A DNA stretch of 64,000 nucleotides from Somniosus microcephalus (GCA_052327205.1 CM126220.1:48422001-48486000), one strand, 5' to 3'; numbered from the stretch's first letter, positions 46,521 to 60,787 are shown. The notes: generated by a model not told the origin, from the sequence alone. Program-made: numbers and translations.

Positions 46521-48238
46521 AGGTGTTTCAATAATGGGTAGGTTATGCTGAAATGAACATTGTTTAAAGCTACATTGTCCTCTGAGTGAGTCTTCATTCG
46601 TCAACTAGGCAGCCTCCAATTTCAAAAAAATAAAACTGGTAGTCTGAAATAAAAGTGAAAAAATGATGAAAATACACAGCTGGTTCATCTGTAAGGAGAA
46701 ATTTGAGGTTAACATTCCAACGCAGCTGGAAACTGAAAGATATACAAGCCCCTCCAGAGGAGTGATCAAAATAGAGAGATAGCAGAAATGTCAGCAATCC
46801 AAACTTTTGACTTTTGACTTTTACCTGTCACATAGGGGGGAATTTTTCAGGGGGTCAGCAGGGGCATTTGGAGGCGGGTCAGCTGGGAAAAAAATTTTTG
46901 ACAGTGGGTATGGAGCCCGCTGTCAACCCGTATTCACGCTAGTCTCCCAGATGTTGGGTCTGTCATCGTTGAACAGACCTGACACCAAGCGGCGAGGGAG
47001 GCAATTTACATCATTAGAGAGATTATAAAGAGGCAATTAACTAGTATTTTATGCTTAGCTTTAGATTTTTAGAGTTTGCCAACGGCTTCCCCACAGCTAG
47101 GGGATCACGTCAGGTAAGGAGGTCGGGTGTTGTGTCAGCATGTGATGATTTACTAACTTGACAGCTGCAAATGGTCTATAAAAGCTCCCATTTCATAGGT
47201 GTTCACTCTCCAAGATGAGAAGCTGTTTCTTACTGCATTTGGAAGACACAGTGCGCTTTATGCAGGTTGCAAGTGTTTGGAGCAAACTCTCTATCCAGTG
47301 TCACCTCATTGGAACAACCTCTCTCACCACTGACAGATCGCTTCTGTCATCTCAACCTCACCTGCCAGCTATTCCATCAGCATCGTTGCCCTTGAAAAAA
47401 TCTCACCTTGATCCTCAGAATCCCACCACGATCAGCCCCAACACCAGCAGCACCAGCAGCACCATGAAAAAAACACCAACCTTCTCCGCAATCAGCTGGT
47501 GCTGAACAGGACCGAGGGCATCAGCACCTGACCACATTGCTGCCTTGGAGGCCAGGGATGGCCTCACCATGGCCAGATTTACTTCACTTGACGCTGTACA
47601 CCCTGGCTGCCATATGATGAGCCAGGTTGGCACCACTCCACACTAACACCATAAAGCATCTCTACAATGCCCAAACCATTCTTTTCACACTCATGGCCAT
47701 TGCGGGGGATACTGTTATATCTCACCATTCACTGCAACTCACTAAGCCACTTCCAAAGGTGCACACAAATCTGTCCAAGAATGCAAATTGTTGACAATAA
47801 AGATTCCAATGTTTGACAGCACATTAACAGAAACTTCACATGAACATTAGCTAAAACACACAAGTGCCTACCCTTGTGTACTGTTAGTTGGTATGATTGG
47901 ACTATGATGAGGGTGAGTGTGAGGGGCGGATAGTGAGATGTGGAAGTTGTAAAGTCCGCGCCTCAATAATACACGGACTTCGGGAGAACAGTTTAACAGG
48001 TACTTTACTGAACAAGAGGCAGCTTGAAACTGAAACTACAGAAGCCTGCTAGGGCCTTTTATACAGGGGTGGTCACTGCCGGTACTGCAGTCTAAGACCA
48101 GTTATTCCCTTAAAGGTACATACACAACAATTCCTCCCCTTTTAGATAAACAGTACATAACATTCATTTAACAACTAAATAATAACTAATTACAATTACA
48201 ATTTTCTCAGTAATATATACATCAACTGAAATAGTCAT

Positions 48239-51200
48239 TTATAAGTTCAGTCTTTGAGGAGGCTTCCTGATCCGGACTGGATAGCGCCTTTCTCGAGTAT
48301 CCTGTTCTGGCGGTGGAGTCAATTCTGGCTCATTGTCATTGGTTGGTTCGTCAGCTTCCAATACCACTGCTTCTGAGGTAGACGCAATCTGTACTTCGGG
48401 CTCATTACCAGGTGCACATGCTTGTGGTACAGGTTTGGCTTGTTCCTGGGACTTTAGAATCTGGTCAGCATGGCATCTCACGATGCTCTCTCCAACGTCC
48501 ACTGTGTACATTAGTGGTCCCTGCTGTGTGCATATCGTGCCTGGCTGCCATTTTTCTGTTCGGTAGTCGCGGGCCAAGACTGGTTGCCCTATCTTGAAGC
48601 TCCTGGTTGGCTTCTCATTTATGTGTTGGAACTGCTTATCCTCAACATCTCATCTTATGTTTGGTTTGAGCAAATCCAAACGACATCTTAGTCTCCGGTT
48701 GAAAAACAGTACAGCTGGAGTTTGGTTGGTTACTGCATGTGTCGCATTCCGGTAAGCAAACAGGAAGTTATCCACCTTGTGTTGCAGTGGTATGTTGTCA
48801 TTATACATTGCCTTTATGGCCTTTTTAAAGGTCTGAACAAACCTCTCAGCCAATCCATTTGTGGCTGGATGATATGGGGCAGATGTGTAATGTTTCACCC
48901 CATTATTCTTCAGGAACCTCCGGAAATCCTCAGACACAAACTGTGGGCCATTGTCGGAACAGATCTGTTCTGGCAACCCATTCCTGGTGAAGATGGTCCT
49001 TAGGACTGCAATAGTTTTCTCTGTGGTGGTGGAGGACATTTTAATGACCTCTGGCCATTTTGAATGGGCGTCCACAGCGATTAGAAACATTGAGTCCATA
49101 AATGGACCAGCGAAATCAATGTGTACCCATTGCCATGGAGATGAGGGCCACTCCCATGGATGTAGCGGGGCCTGTGGTGGAGCGTTTTGGACCTTCTGGC
49201 ATCCTGTGCATCTCTTGGTCATATCCTCGATTTCTTTATCGATTCCCGGCCACCACACAAACACCCTGGCTAGGCTCTTCATTTTTACCCCTCCCAGATG
49301 ACCCTCGTGAAGCTCATTGAGTACTCTATCTCTCAATTTGGGTGGAATTACCACTCGGGATCCACACATCAAGGTTCCCCGGCACACTGACAGCTGTTCC
49401 CTCCTTGGCGAGAATGCTGGCAACAGTGAGTCGCCATATGCTGGCCATCCCTTCACCGTCAAATCATAGACCCGAGAGAGTGTTGGGTCATTTCGGGTTT
49501 CCTTCTCAATACTTGCGTTTGTAACAGGCAAACATTCGACTATGGTCGCATGGAATATCTCCACCGGGTCCACTGCAGGTGCTTCTTCCGCCGTAGGCAA
49601 CGGTAGGCGCGACAGCCCATCAGCATTTCCATGTTGTTTCGTACCTTTGTACTCTATGTCATACTGATGTGCCCCTAGAAAAAGTGACCATCTTTGCAGC
49701 CGTTGCGCCGTCATCACCGGAACGCCCTTCTTTGGGTTAAAAATTGAGACCAGGGGTTGATGATCAGTCAGTAGGGTGAATTTCTGCCCGTGCAGATAGT
49801 GATTGAACTTCTTCACCCCCCACACCAGGCTGAGGGCCTCCCTGTCAATCTGGGCGTAGTTACGCTCGGCTGAGGTTAGCGAGCGTGACGCAAAGGCTAT
49901 TGGCCTCTCTGAACCGTCACAGAATTTGTGTGACAGCACCACTCCAATGCCGTAAGGTGACGCATCACATGCCAACCGAATCGGTAGTGTTGGGTTGTAG
50001 TGGGCCAATACTTCTTTTGAAGTGATTTGGCATTTACATTCCTGAAAGGCACGCTTACACTCATCACTCCATTTCCATGTTACACCAGTTTGAAGGAGGG
50101 CGTTCAGTGGGTGCAGAATTGTAGATAAATTCGGCAAGAACTTATGGTAGTAGTTCACCAACCCGAGGAACGACCTCAGTTGCGACACATTTTCTGGTGC
50201 TGGAGCCTTGACTACAGCCTCAATCTTGTCCGGCGACTTATGCAACCCTTCCTCATCAATCATGTGGCCACAATACGAGATTTGTCTCCTGAAGAACTCG
50301 CATTTGGGACGGTTGGCTCGTAGCCCGTATTCCTGCAATCTCGTGAGCACCTGTTCCAGGTTGGCAAGGTGTTCATTGTCATTTTCGCCCGTGACCAAGA
50401 TGTTGTCCAAATAACACTGGGTCCCCGGGATCCCTTGCAGGACTTGTTCCATTGCCCTCTGCCACATAGCCGGGGCCGATGCTACCCCAAATACCAGTCG
50501 ATTGTACTGGTAAAGGCCTTTGTGAGTGTTTATCGTGAGGTATTTCCTAGATGCTTCTTCCACCTCCATTTGTAGATACGCTTGAGCCAGGTCAATCTTT
50601 GAAAAACATTTCCCTCCAGATAGTGAGGCGAAAATATCTTCTATCCGCGGAAGCGGATACTGTACTGTGTGCAGGACTGGGTTCACAGTCACCTTGAAGT
50701 CCCCACAGATGCGAACCTTCCTTGGCTCCCCAGGCATGCTGCTCAATGCTTTCTTCATTACAGGAACGATGGGTGTGGCCCACTTGCTCCAGTCCACCTT
50801 AGACAGCACCCCCGAATGCTCCAGACTCTCCAGTTCAGCTTCCACAGCTGGGCGTATCGCGTATGGCACTGGTCTGGCCTTGAAAAATTTTGGGGTTGCG
50901 TTATCCTCAATCTTTATGGTTGCCTTTACTCCTTTTAGAGTCCCAAGTCCTTGTTGGAACACCTCTTCCGCGTCAGATAGAATTTGTGACAGACGTCCAG
51001 GTGCGACGTCATCATCTTTTTTGTCAGTCACAGTTAGTGCCAGAATGGAATGCCAATCCAATTGTAGTCTTCGGATCCATTCACGTCCCAATAATGGTGG
51101 TCCTCCATCTCGTAGTATATACATGTATAGTTTCTGTGTTTCCTTTCCGTTATATTCAACTGGCACCCTTATTTTTCCTCTGGGGTAGACCTTTTGCCCC

Positions 51201-52192
51201 GTGTATGTCTTCAATACAATGGACGTGTCCTTTAAGGGTATGTGTGAGAATAGCCGCTCATAGTCTCGTCGATTCATGACAGTTAGGGCTGATCCTGTGT
51301 CCAATTCCATCTTCACTGGGGACCCTGCTATCATGAGGGTGACCCAAATGGTTCGGTGATCTTCTTTTGCGATCACATTGTGTAACTTTAAACAACTTAG
51401 TCGCCTGCTCCCGGAGTCCTTATCACTCTCCTGATCTTCTGAACTACTATCTGTCAGTTTCTTTACTTTCCTATACTGTTCCTTAGTAGTTCTTGTCGTG
51501 TTGGTCTTCTTTCCCGACCTGCAGACTCTTGTTATATGTCCCATTTTCCCGCATTGCCTGCATATTTTGTCTTTAAACCAGCAGTCCTTCTGCTCATGGG
51601 TTGTTCTGCCGCAGCGATAGCACTTTCCGGCTCCATACGCCATTTCGTTAGCGCTGTATTCTTGTGGTTTCTGTTGTATTTCCGCAGCTCCCCGTGCTGC
51701 TGCTTCGTAGGATACTGCCACGCTGAAAGCCTGTTGTAGCGTCAGGTCCTTTTTTGAAAGTAGTCGTCTCTGGGTTCCTTCACTCTGGAGCCCGCAGACA
51801 AACTTATCCCGTAAGGTGTCTGCCAGTCCTGCTCCGAACTGGCACTGCTTCGATAACTTGCGTAGTTCCGTAAGATAGTCAACATTGCTCTCATCTTTGT
51901 GCTGGTTTCTTTTATGGAACTTGAATCTTTCTGCTATCAGCAGTGGTGTAGGGCTTAGATGTTCCTGTAAGATATGAACAATCTCCTCAAAACTTTTCTC
52001 CATTGGTTTAGCTGGGGTAATTAAATTCCGCAATAGGCCGTACGTACTCGCACCCATCAGATTTAATAATACCGACGCCCTCTTTCCATCAGCCACCTCA
52101 TTTGCCTTGCAGTACACTTCAATTCTTTCCACATACGTGGTCCATTCTTCTACCTCATTGTCAAAAGCAGTGATACTGCCACTTTTCGGCAT
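48239..52192 (-). pseudogene. Gypsy D gag-pol polyprotein, nearly intact (one in-frame TGA at 48650; RT motif YLDN)
   Basis: Gag, 2x CCHC, DTGS, RT, RNase H, HHCC-DDE integrase; the downstream ORF 48577-48239 (GPLMYTV...RKPPQRLNL) is in the same frame. Confidence 0.93.
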
Positions 52193-52204
52193 CTTGGGCA
52201 TTTT

Positions 52205-52322
52205 AAAATGGCGCCTCCCGTGCTTTTGCTTCTTCCCCAATGGAATAAAATGGCGCCTCCCGCGCTTTTGCTTCTTCCCCAATGGGATAAAATGGCGCCT
52301 CCCGCACTTTTGCTTCTTCCCC
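52205..52322. repeat. Three ~43-bp tandem repeats in the Gypsy D leader
   Basis: aaaatggcgcctcccg(c/t)(g/a)cttttgcttcttcccc x3; two related copies in the element A leader (4960-5035). Confidence 0.9.
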
Positions 52323-53717
52323 TTACTGCCACGCTGCTCCTAGCGTTCTACGGGGTAATGGCGACGACCCGCAGCTTCGGCGCGTCTCGCTTTCCTTCCC
52401 CCCCGTTTAGTTTCTCTCCGCTGTCCTGTTCTCGAGCACCGACCGCGCCCCGTGCGCTCCACCCTCTCTCTCTTGTTTTCTTTTCCCGGCGACGCTGCGC
52501 AGCCCGATTTGTAGAGCCGCTCGATCGAGCTTGAGCCCGCCGCAGTCCGGAAGGGTCAGCGCGCTACCTGCTACCAGCACGATTCACTGGAACCACAGTC
52601 TCTCCCGCAATTCTCCAAACACCGATGGATTCTTTGGGCGGTTGCCCTCGGTCGACGCCCGTTGCTCAGACTACGACCTTCCAGGACCTTTCTTTCAGGT
52701 GAGATCCCCGTGAGATGATGCCATGCTGCAGGTGAGTTCGAACTTACTCGTCGCCACTGTAAAGTCCGCGCCTCAATAAAACATGGACTTCAGGAGAACA
52801 GTTTAACAGGTACTTTACTGAACAAGAGGCAGCTTGAAACTGAAACTACAGAAGCCTGCTAGGGCCTTTTATACAGGGGTGGTCACTGCCGGTACTGCAG
52901 TCTAAGACCAGTTATTCCCTTAAAGGTACATACACAACAGAAGTGATAATGTAGTTAGAGAGGGATGGGTGAAGGTGCAATGTAAGTTGGTGTGAGTAAG
53001 GATGTGCAGGAGTAGTGTAGGAAAGGCAGAATAATGGGGATGTGATGAGAGGCACAGCAGGATGAGGTTGAGTGTGGCTTGGCAGTGACATTTCGTGATC
53101 TACTGAGATCATTGAAAGGTTTGCGTCACTGCAGCCTGGTCCTCCTGATGACATCCCTGCTTGTGCCCTCCTGTGCAATGTGCAACCAGGATGCACATTG
53201 CACAGGAGGGCACAAGTATTTGGAGGGAGTCATAGGAGAGCCTGGGTGCAGCCGTGTACCTTTGTGCAGTGCTTGTCGGTGTTTGCAGCACCTCAATGCT
53301 GTAGAACACTGACAGCAGAACTGTCAAAATCAATTTGCACATGGTCCCTTTAAGGAAACCGGCTGATGACATGTCATCAAGTGATGTCATCAGACCCGCT
53401 TCCTTCAATTGGCCGTCAAATGCGCTGGGCTGGCTTAACCAGCCCAATCAGCGTAAAATTCTTTTCACAGAGTGGGATGGAGCCAGCAGCGGGGTTGCAC
53501 CTTGCCATTGACCCTGGCCACACCAGATCCACCTCGGAAGGGGAAATCACAGCCATAGAGGCAGGAAATGGGTTTACTAGCCTGTGAATAAGTTTTTTAA
53601 TAAACTATAACTAGATGAAAAAGTGATGGATGAAATACAAAGATTATCTGAATCAACCCGTGAAATAACGTTGGACAGACAGAAAGGATTAAACACAGCT
53701 TCAAAATAGAGGGGCTC

Positions 53718-53945
53718 CACAACAACAACAACAACAACTTCTATTTATATAGCACCTTTAACGTAGTAAAACTTCACAGGAGTATTATAAGACAAATATT
53801 TGACACCGAGCCACATAAGGAGAAAATTGGGCAGATGACCAAAAGCTTGGACAAAGAGGTAAGTTTTAAGGAGTGTCTTAAAGGAGGAAAGAGAGGTAGC
53901 GAGGCGGAGAGGTTTAGGGAGGGAGTTCCAGAGCTTAGGGCCTCA
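53718..53945 (-). mobile_element. L2 LINE 3' tail with (CAA)n end
   Basis: Reverse complement of the L2 end at 32984-33160 (accaaaagcttgg.caaagaggt..gttttaagg). Confidence 0.85.
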
Positions 53946-54056
53946 AAGTGGAAGGTAGAAGAGAGAAATCGGTAAGAAAATGGGGAGCGAGCTGAGGTCT
54001 GAAGTTGTTAAAGACAATGATGAGACCAGAGCACCACAAAGAGAAAATTGAGCTAC

Positions 54057-54768
54057 TGGCCCGGAATTTACGATCAGCAGCGAAATGAAGGCATTCACTG
54101 CTGGTCCCGAAGTTTGCTTCGCACAAGGATCTCGCGATCCCTTTGTCGAGAACTTTGGGTTTTCCGACCTTCAATTCAAATCAATTGAAGTTAATGGGGA
54201 TCCCCTTGTGCGAACTGCTGTGATGTCAACAAGCTGTCTAAGCAGCCAATCAAAAGGCAGAATTCTCACAGAAAAAGGAAGTGAGTAAGCTCTTAAAATG
54301 TTAGAGAGAGCAGAACAAAGATTGGGGTTCTCACATGGGGAAAAGGCAAACCTGAAATAAAGATGGACAAATTAAAAAAACACCTTTTGAAAAGTTTCTT
54401 AAAAATTGTAATTTTTATTCAAATGTACAAGTTTCACACCGCACAAAATTAAAATTAGTTTTCCAGGCCCATAACATTTGTTTAGCAGTAACAATTTTGT
54501 CAAAACCCCAGTTACACCCAATCCCTTTGGGTCTAACATTTAGTGGGGAATTTAACAATGTACTTACTGCAGAAGAGTCGAAGTTTTCAGCAGTTTCCCT
54601 GATTACACGGATTACCAGCTCTGTCAGGGGCACAGCGCAGCCTGTTTTGGAGCTGTCAATGACTGACCGCAACTTCAGGATTTCTGTATGCGCCTGCGTC
54701 AGTTTCAAAGGCAGAATGACGGCGAATGTTACCAGTTCGCTGGCATACCGACCACAAATTCCAGGCCA
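54057..54768. mobile_element. Non-autonomous TIR element
   Basis: TGGCCCGGAATTT ... AAATTCCAGGCCA termini (12 of 13 bases match as inverted repeats). Confidence 0.7.
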
Positions 54769-55809
54769 CTGTCTTTGAATTTTGCATTGGGCTTGGTTGA
54801 AACTGTGTAGGAGGCCAAAGACAGAAAGGTCAGAGTAATACTGGGAGGGGAAATTGAAGAGTCAAGTCATGAGAGGGAGGATCGGGCTCATGCTTTTGGA
54901 CAGAATAGAGATGTTTGGCAAAACAGTTGTCCAATCTACATTTGGTATTTTCAATGTATAAGAGATCACACTGTAAGCAAGATACTAGATTGAGGAAGTA
55001 CATGTAAGTCACTGTCTCACCTGGAAGGAATATTAGGGACCCTGGACAATACTGCAGGGAATGGTGACCAGTAGCAGGGACTAAGAGAGTTGGAAGCAGG
55101 AGTTTAACTAGAGAGACTGAGTCTGAGCATGAGGCCTGCATGAATAGCCCCACCAGAACTCATCGGAGTTCCAAGAGGAAGCCAAGAACCAGACAATAGG
55201 GACAGTCTGTGCTACTTTACAATTGCAAGATTAAGCAACCTAGTCAAGTCGTGAAAAATGTTGGTTATGGCGAGGTTTACTGAACAGTGTATAACTTTGC
55301 AGAGGAAATCGGGACGGTGTGTGCGTGACACTTGGCCATGGCTGCTAAGCCTTTCGATTGACAATTCAATTGAAATATTTTTGGGCAGATTGTCAACTTA
55401 GGGACATTATTCTGGATACCGCCCTTTCTAATCCTTCCCTCGCCCTTCCCGATTTTACAAAACATTCCTTCAGTATTATTAGGGGCAGATTTTCCTCCAT
55501 TTACCAATAGCAAAAATGTTGACATCTCTGCTCTCCATTCGCACCAGCTGTTTTATAAATATTAGCAAATGGAAGAAAATGTACACCTCTGCCCTCAACC
55601 ATAGATAATCTCCCACAGCATCTGGTTTTATTCCCTGTGCTGGCACTGCTGTAAACCAGAGATATTGTTTGACATGCTTGTCCCAGCAGTGTTAATTAAG
55701 CTGAATGAAGCCAGTGTAACAAAGAATATAATATCCCATCTTTTATGATGTAACTGAGGAGGAGGAATCCCTCTCCACAGACACATGAAACTGGACTCCA
55801 ACATTGTTT

Positions 55810-56032
55810 TTTTGTTCCTCCAATATTCTCCTCTCCCTTACCAACATCCCTCAACCAACATCACTAAAACAGATTATCTGGTCATTACTCTCATTGCTAG
55901 TTGTTGGACTTTGCTGTGTGTAGATTGGCTGCTTTGTTTCGCTACATTACAACATTTACTACACTTCAAAAGTATTTTGTTAGCTGTGAAACACTTTGGA
56001 ATGACCTGAGGACTATATAAGTGCAAGTTTTA
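55810..56032 (+). mobile_element. Deu-type SINE 3' half
   Basis: atccctcaaccaacatcactaaaacagattatctggtcatt...tatataagtgcaag is the reverse complement of the 60040-60490 copy. Confidence 0.8.
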
Positions 56033-57689
56033 ACTTTACTTCACGGAAAAATTGTATTGAAGCATGCTGAAATCTGGCCTATTCTCATGTGCAGCAAGGT
56101 GATTCAGACCCGAGTCTGGACCACTTAGTAATGCTGTTCGGCATCATCGCCACATAGTTCTTGAGATATGAGTAGCTGCAGGGAAGGTAAGTGGTCTTAC
56201 AGGTTATATACTTTATTGTGGATCAAAAATCTTCATGGACGATTTGAGTACATATCTGCAATTATTAGTAGAACCCTTATCTATGAAGAGAAATTCATCT
56301 AGGTAATGAAATCTAACAGACTGACGTCAGATTAATGAGTAGTTTAACTGTTTGAAAGCATCACTTGGCATAATTTGGGTTCATAGATACAAAAGTGTAA
56401 GGAAGAGGTCAAGTAAGTCATTAACCTACTCATCCACAGGTGTTCACTGATAATGTATGATCCTGAATTATGCTGGGAATTTGGGGAATTCTGTAAACTG
56501 TGGTTTCTTTAAATTGTTGATAACTATTTTTGATAAAAAATACTTCTGTGTTGCTGATGACGTGTATCTGGCTCATTGTGGTTTTAATTCACAGTGGTGC
56601 TCGTGGCTGGTTTGCTGAGCCAACTGCTTTGTATTTTGAGTTATATTTGTTGGTGACCACTTGTGCAATTATCCTGGGATTTGGAAGCCTCACCATGAAC
56701 TCAGAAGTGTAGGCAGAAGCACTGATGTGACGAACATCAACCACATACACGCTTGCACAATATTAGTGTGCATTTATCATGCAACTACTGATTGAAACAG
56801 ACAATAATTGACTCTGGTAACAGATTTCACAAACGCAAGGGCAGACGTTCCCCTTTTCATGAAGCTTCATTAACAAATCGATTCGCGGAAAGACTGCTGA
56901 AATGATGAAGAAAATGGCAATGCTTAATTCACATTCTTACAGTCATTGTTCAGGAATGGGCTGTGCTGTTGCAATTTTGTTAGCCAATCTGTCAAAAGTT
57001 TGAAAAACAGGCTTTACATATGTATTTTTATGAGGGGTGTCAGGCCCATTGTATCACAGAAAGTGGCTATTAAGTAAGATGTAGTTCGAATGCACGTACT
57101 CATATAAAGGGTTCTGATGAAGGAGGCTCTAGAAATGAAATGTTTACAAGCTGAAACATGATGTAGAGATGCTGCTGAAAAGCATAAACTTGTTCATCTG
57201 TTGGCTCGGGAATCTAAAGTCAAATTACAATTAAATCTGATACAAAAAGGATAGAACAATGTATGTGTACACTTTGGAAAAAGAAGAATATTTAAGACAA
57301 TTGGAAGCGTGTAAATTAAACCATGTACTCAATCATTTACCTGTGCTGAAATATAGCTCTAAATTATAGTGACTGGCAAACTGAATGATGTGGTTCTTTC
57401 ATACACTTGCAGAATTGCCGCAGTTTACTGATGCTCTATGTTGTCATAAACTCTGTATTGTAATCTTTAATATAGTGCAGGTTACACTTAACACATGGCA
57501 CAGACAATGGAAATATTCAAAAGCAACTGTAATAAAAGCAATGTATAAATGTCAACATTGATGGTGGATAAAGATGTCATTGGAAAATTTAAGTGCAGCC
57601 ATTAAAAGTATTTTTAAAGCTATTTATCACAATTTGGCTGTTCCTAGTCTATACTCCAAAACCCTGAATCAGGGTAGAGAGCAGAGAGT

Positions 57690-59268
57690 ATAGCTGTTCC
57701 AGTACACCTACAACACTGGCATCTACCCGACAATGTGGAAAACTGCCTAGGTATGTCCTGTCCACAAAAAGCAGGACAAATCTAATGTGGCCAATTACCG
57801 CTACATCAGTCTACTCTCAATCATCAGCAAGTGATGGAAGGTGTCGTCGACAGTGCTATCAAGTGGCACTTACTCACCAATAACCTTCTAAACAATGCTC
57901 AGTTTGGGTTCTGCCAGGAACACTCGGCTCCCGACCTCATTACAGCCTTGGTCCAAACATGGACAGAAGAGCTGAATTCCAGAGGTGAGGTGAGAGTGAT
58001 TGCCCTTGACATCAAGGCAGCATTTGACCGAGTGTGGCATCAAGGAGCCCTAATAAAACTGAAGTCAATGGGAATCAGGGGAAAACTAACCACTGGCTAG
58101 AGTCATACCTAGCACAATGGAAGATGGTTGTGCTTGTTGGAGGTCAATCATCACAGCTCCAGGACATCACTGCAGGAGTTCAGTTAATTCGCAACTCCTC
58201 AGATAATGAAGCAGTCTATGCCTGCACGCAACAAGACCTGAATGACATTCAGGCTTGGGCTGATAACTGGCATGTAGCATTCACACCACACAAGTGCCAG
58301 GCAATGACTATCTCCAACAAGTGAGATGCCATGAACAGAGGGACAACCAGTAAACTAAGAAAAGAATATATATAAACAATGCGAATGTATATTTATACAC
58401 TCAGGGATATACCTGTTTATACACTGTATGAATAGAACTGCGTTTATGTGCTAAACCATAAATGTATTTTGATGCTTTGGCAACATAAGATGTAACTTAT
58501 CATGCCAATAAAGCGATTTAAATTGTAAATTGTAAATTGAGAGTCTAACCACTGCCCCTTGACATTCAATGGCATTACCATTGCCAAATCACCCACCATC
58601 AATATCCTGGGGGTCATCATTGACCAGAAACTTAACTGGACCAGCGACATAAATACTGTGGCCACAAGAGCAGGCCAGAGGCTGGGTATTCTGCGGCGAG
58701 TGTCTCACCTCCTGACTCCCCAAAGCATTTCCACAATCTACAAGGCACAAGTAAGGAGTGTGATGGAATACTCTCCACTTGCCTGGATGAATGCAGCTCC
58801 AACAACACTCAAGAAGCTTGACACCATCCAGGACAAAGCAGCCCACTTGATTGGCACCCCATCCATCACCTTAAACATTTACTCCCTCCACCACGGGCTG
58901 CAGTGTGTACCATCTACAAGATGCACTGCAGCAACTCGACAAGGCTTCTTCGACAGCACCTCCCAAACTTGCGATCTCTTCCACGTAGAAGGACAATAGC
59001 AGCAGGCACATGGGAACACCATCACCTTCAAGTTCCCCTCCAAGTCACACATCATCCTGACTTGGAAATATATCGCCGATCCTTCATCGTCGCTGGGTAA
59101 AAATCCTGGGACTCCCTCCTTAACAGCACTGTGGGAGTACCTTCACCACACGGACTGCAGCGGTTCAAGAAGGTGGCTCACCACCAGCTTCTCAAGGGCA
59201 ATTAGGGATGGGCAATAAATGCTGGCCTTGCCAGCAACTCACACATCCCAAGAACGAATAAAAAAAAA
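57690..59268 (+). mobile_element. CR1-group LINE family 2 copy with an internal deletion and a nested insertion
   Basis: Collinear with 38385-41171 and 60788-63480; 3' end aacgaataaaaaaaa. Confidence 0.9.
58327..58537 (+). mobile_element. Short 5'-truncated non-LTR retroposon 3' end (possibly RTE-X-like) nested in the LINE
   Basis: TGAGA flanks (58322-58326 and 58538-58542); ends AATAAAGC...(TAAATTG)3; the host reads ccaacaag.gagagtctaacc when it is removed. Family assignment is from memory only. Confidence 0.7.
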
Positions 59269-60039
59269 CATGGATAGTTAGGATCACTTTAGGATAAATT
59301 AAAGCTGCACCCCAGGAAATTTGAAAAACAGTAGAATTTTGATTTGTTTGTCTGCGTGGGTGAGGGGGGCCTACCGACAAATGCCATTTTTGGATTTTTC
59401 TTGAAGTTTTATTTGTGCTGGCTGATGTACGCCAACAGTTTGAAACCTGGAGTGTTCAAGGGAAATACTTAAATACAAATTGCTGTCTTTTCTAGACTTT
59501 GCTTATCGTATTTAAGGTTTTGGTGCATAATTAACCTTTCTAAGGACTTTTCAACTTGCATTTGCTGTGCTTGTCTCCTGATTATCTAGCATGCAATATT
59601 GGGGAATTATACGTAAATAATTGTTTAATCAATTAAACATTCAACATAAACTGCTCCCTGGCTAGATTATCATCGTTAAAGCTTGCCATTTTAGGCATAG
59701 TTAATGGCACCCGTTAATAGTGACTCACCACATGTAGAGCCTGTTTTTTGAGTGTTAGTTTGAACTGGCAATTTGATGCAATGGAGAAAGTAACAAATTC
59801 CAATACAGTTACAGAGAAGCAGCAGGCAGCTCTAAAGCGCTGCTTCCTTGCTGTGGGAGCTGACAAGGCACACATGCATTTAAAACTTGAATGAGACTTC
59901 ATTAGTGCACAGAAATCAATATTTTATGATTGAAGAACATCAGTTTGATCAACTTTATAGGTGAATAGGAGCTCAACCTTCAAGATAATCTATTATAATG
60001 TGAATTGTAATTGTATTCATTTGCAATTATAGAAAGATA

Positions 60040-60490
60040 GAAAAACTTGCATTTATAAAGCACCTTTCACAACCTCAGGAGCTCCAAAAGTGCTTTACAG
60101 CCAATGGAAGTGTCGCCATTGTTGTAATGTAGGAAACGCAGCAGCCAATTTGTGCACAGCAAGATCTCACAAACAACAATGAGATAATGACCAGATAATC
60201 TGTTTTAGTGATGTTGATTGAGGGATAAATATTATCCAGGACACCAGGACTATCTCCCATGCTCTTCTTCAAAATAATGCCATGGGATCTTTTACGTCCA
60301 CATGAGAGGGCAGACAAGGCCTGGTTTTACCGTCTCTTCCAAAAGTCAGCACCTCCAACAGTGCAGCACTCCCTCAGTACTGTACTGGAGTGTCTGCTTA
60401 AATTTTTGTGCTCAAGTTTCTGGAGTGGGACATGAACCCGTGACTTTCTGACTCAGAGGCGAGAGTGCTACCGATTGAAGCATGGCTGAA
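60040..60490 (-). mobile_element. Near full-length tRNA-derived SINE with Deu-like central domain and L2-like tail
   Basis: Minus-strand head tcagccatgcttcaatcggtagcactc...gggttcatgtccc (A/B box-like); central gtgtcctgg..aatatttatccctcaa; tail ataaatgcaag. Confidence 0.8.
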
Positions 60491-60529
60491 ATGGCTGAAT
60501 TATGAAGAAATTATTTAGTGCCTCAGAAC

Positions 60530-60785
60530 ACCCTATAACTTTTGAAGTGCTATTTTGTAGGAAACCCAGCAGACAATTTGTGCACGACAGGGTCTTACAG
60601 ACAGCAATGTGATAAATGACCGGATAATCTGTTTTTAGTGATGTTGGTTGAGCGATAAATATTGGCCAGGACATAAGAGGAACTCCCTCATCTTTTTTGA
60701 ATAGTGCCATGTCATATGAAAGACGTCATCTCCAACACTGCAGCATTCTCTCAGTGCTGCACTGAAGTGTCAGCCTAGATAATGT
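60530..60785 (-). mobile_element. Second copy of the same SINE, partial
   Basis: Tandem homolog of 60110-60400. Confidence 0.75.
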
Positions 60786-60787
60786 AT

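Larger units (their letters stand above)
47948..52939 (-). mobile_element. Full-length Ty3/Gypsy LTR retrotransposon D; 5-bp TSD GAAGT
   Basis: 182-bp LTRs at 47948-48129 and 52758-52939 (3 mismatches seen); TSD at 47943-47947 and 52940-52944; PBS TGGCGACGAG; PPT AAAAGGGGAGGAA. Confidence 0.97.
46834..53555. mobile_element. Harbinger-like element relic hosting Gypsy D
   Basis: Starts ggggggaattttt and ends ggaaatcacagcc; 47480-47900 resembles the HARBI1 end and downstream region at 3900-4150; sequence is continuous across the GAAGT TSD. Confidence 0.55.
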
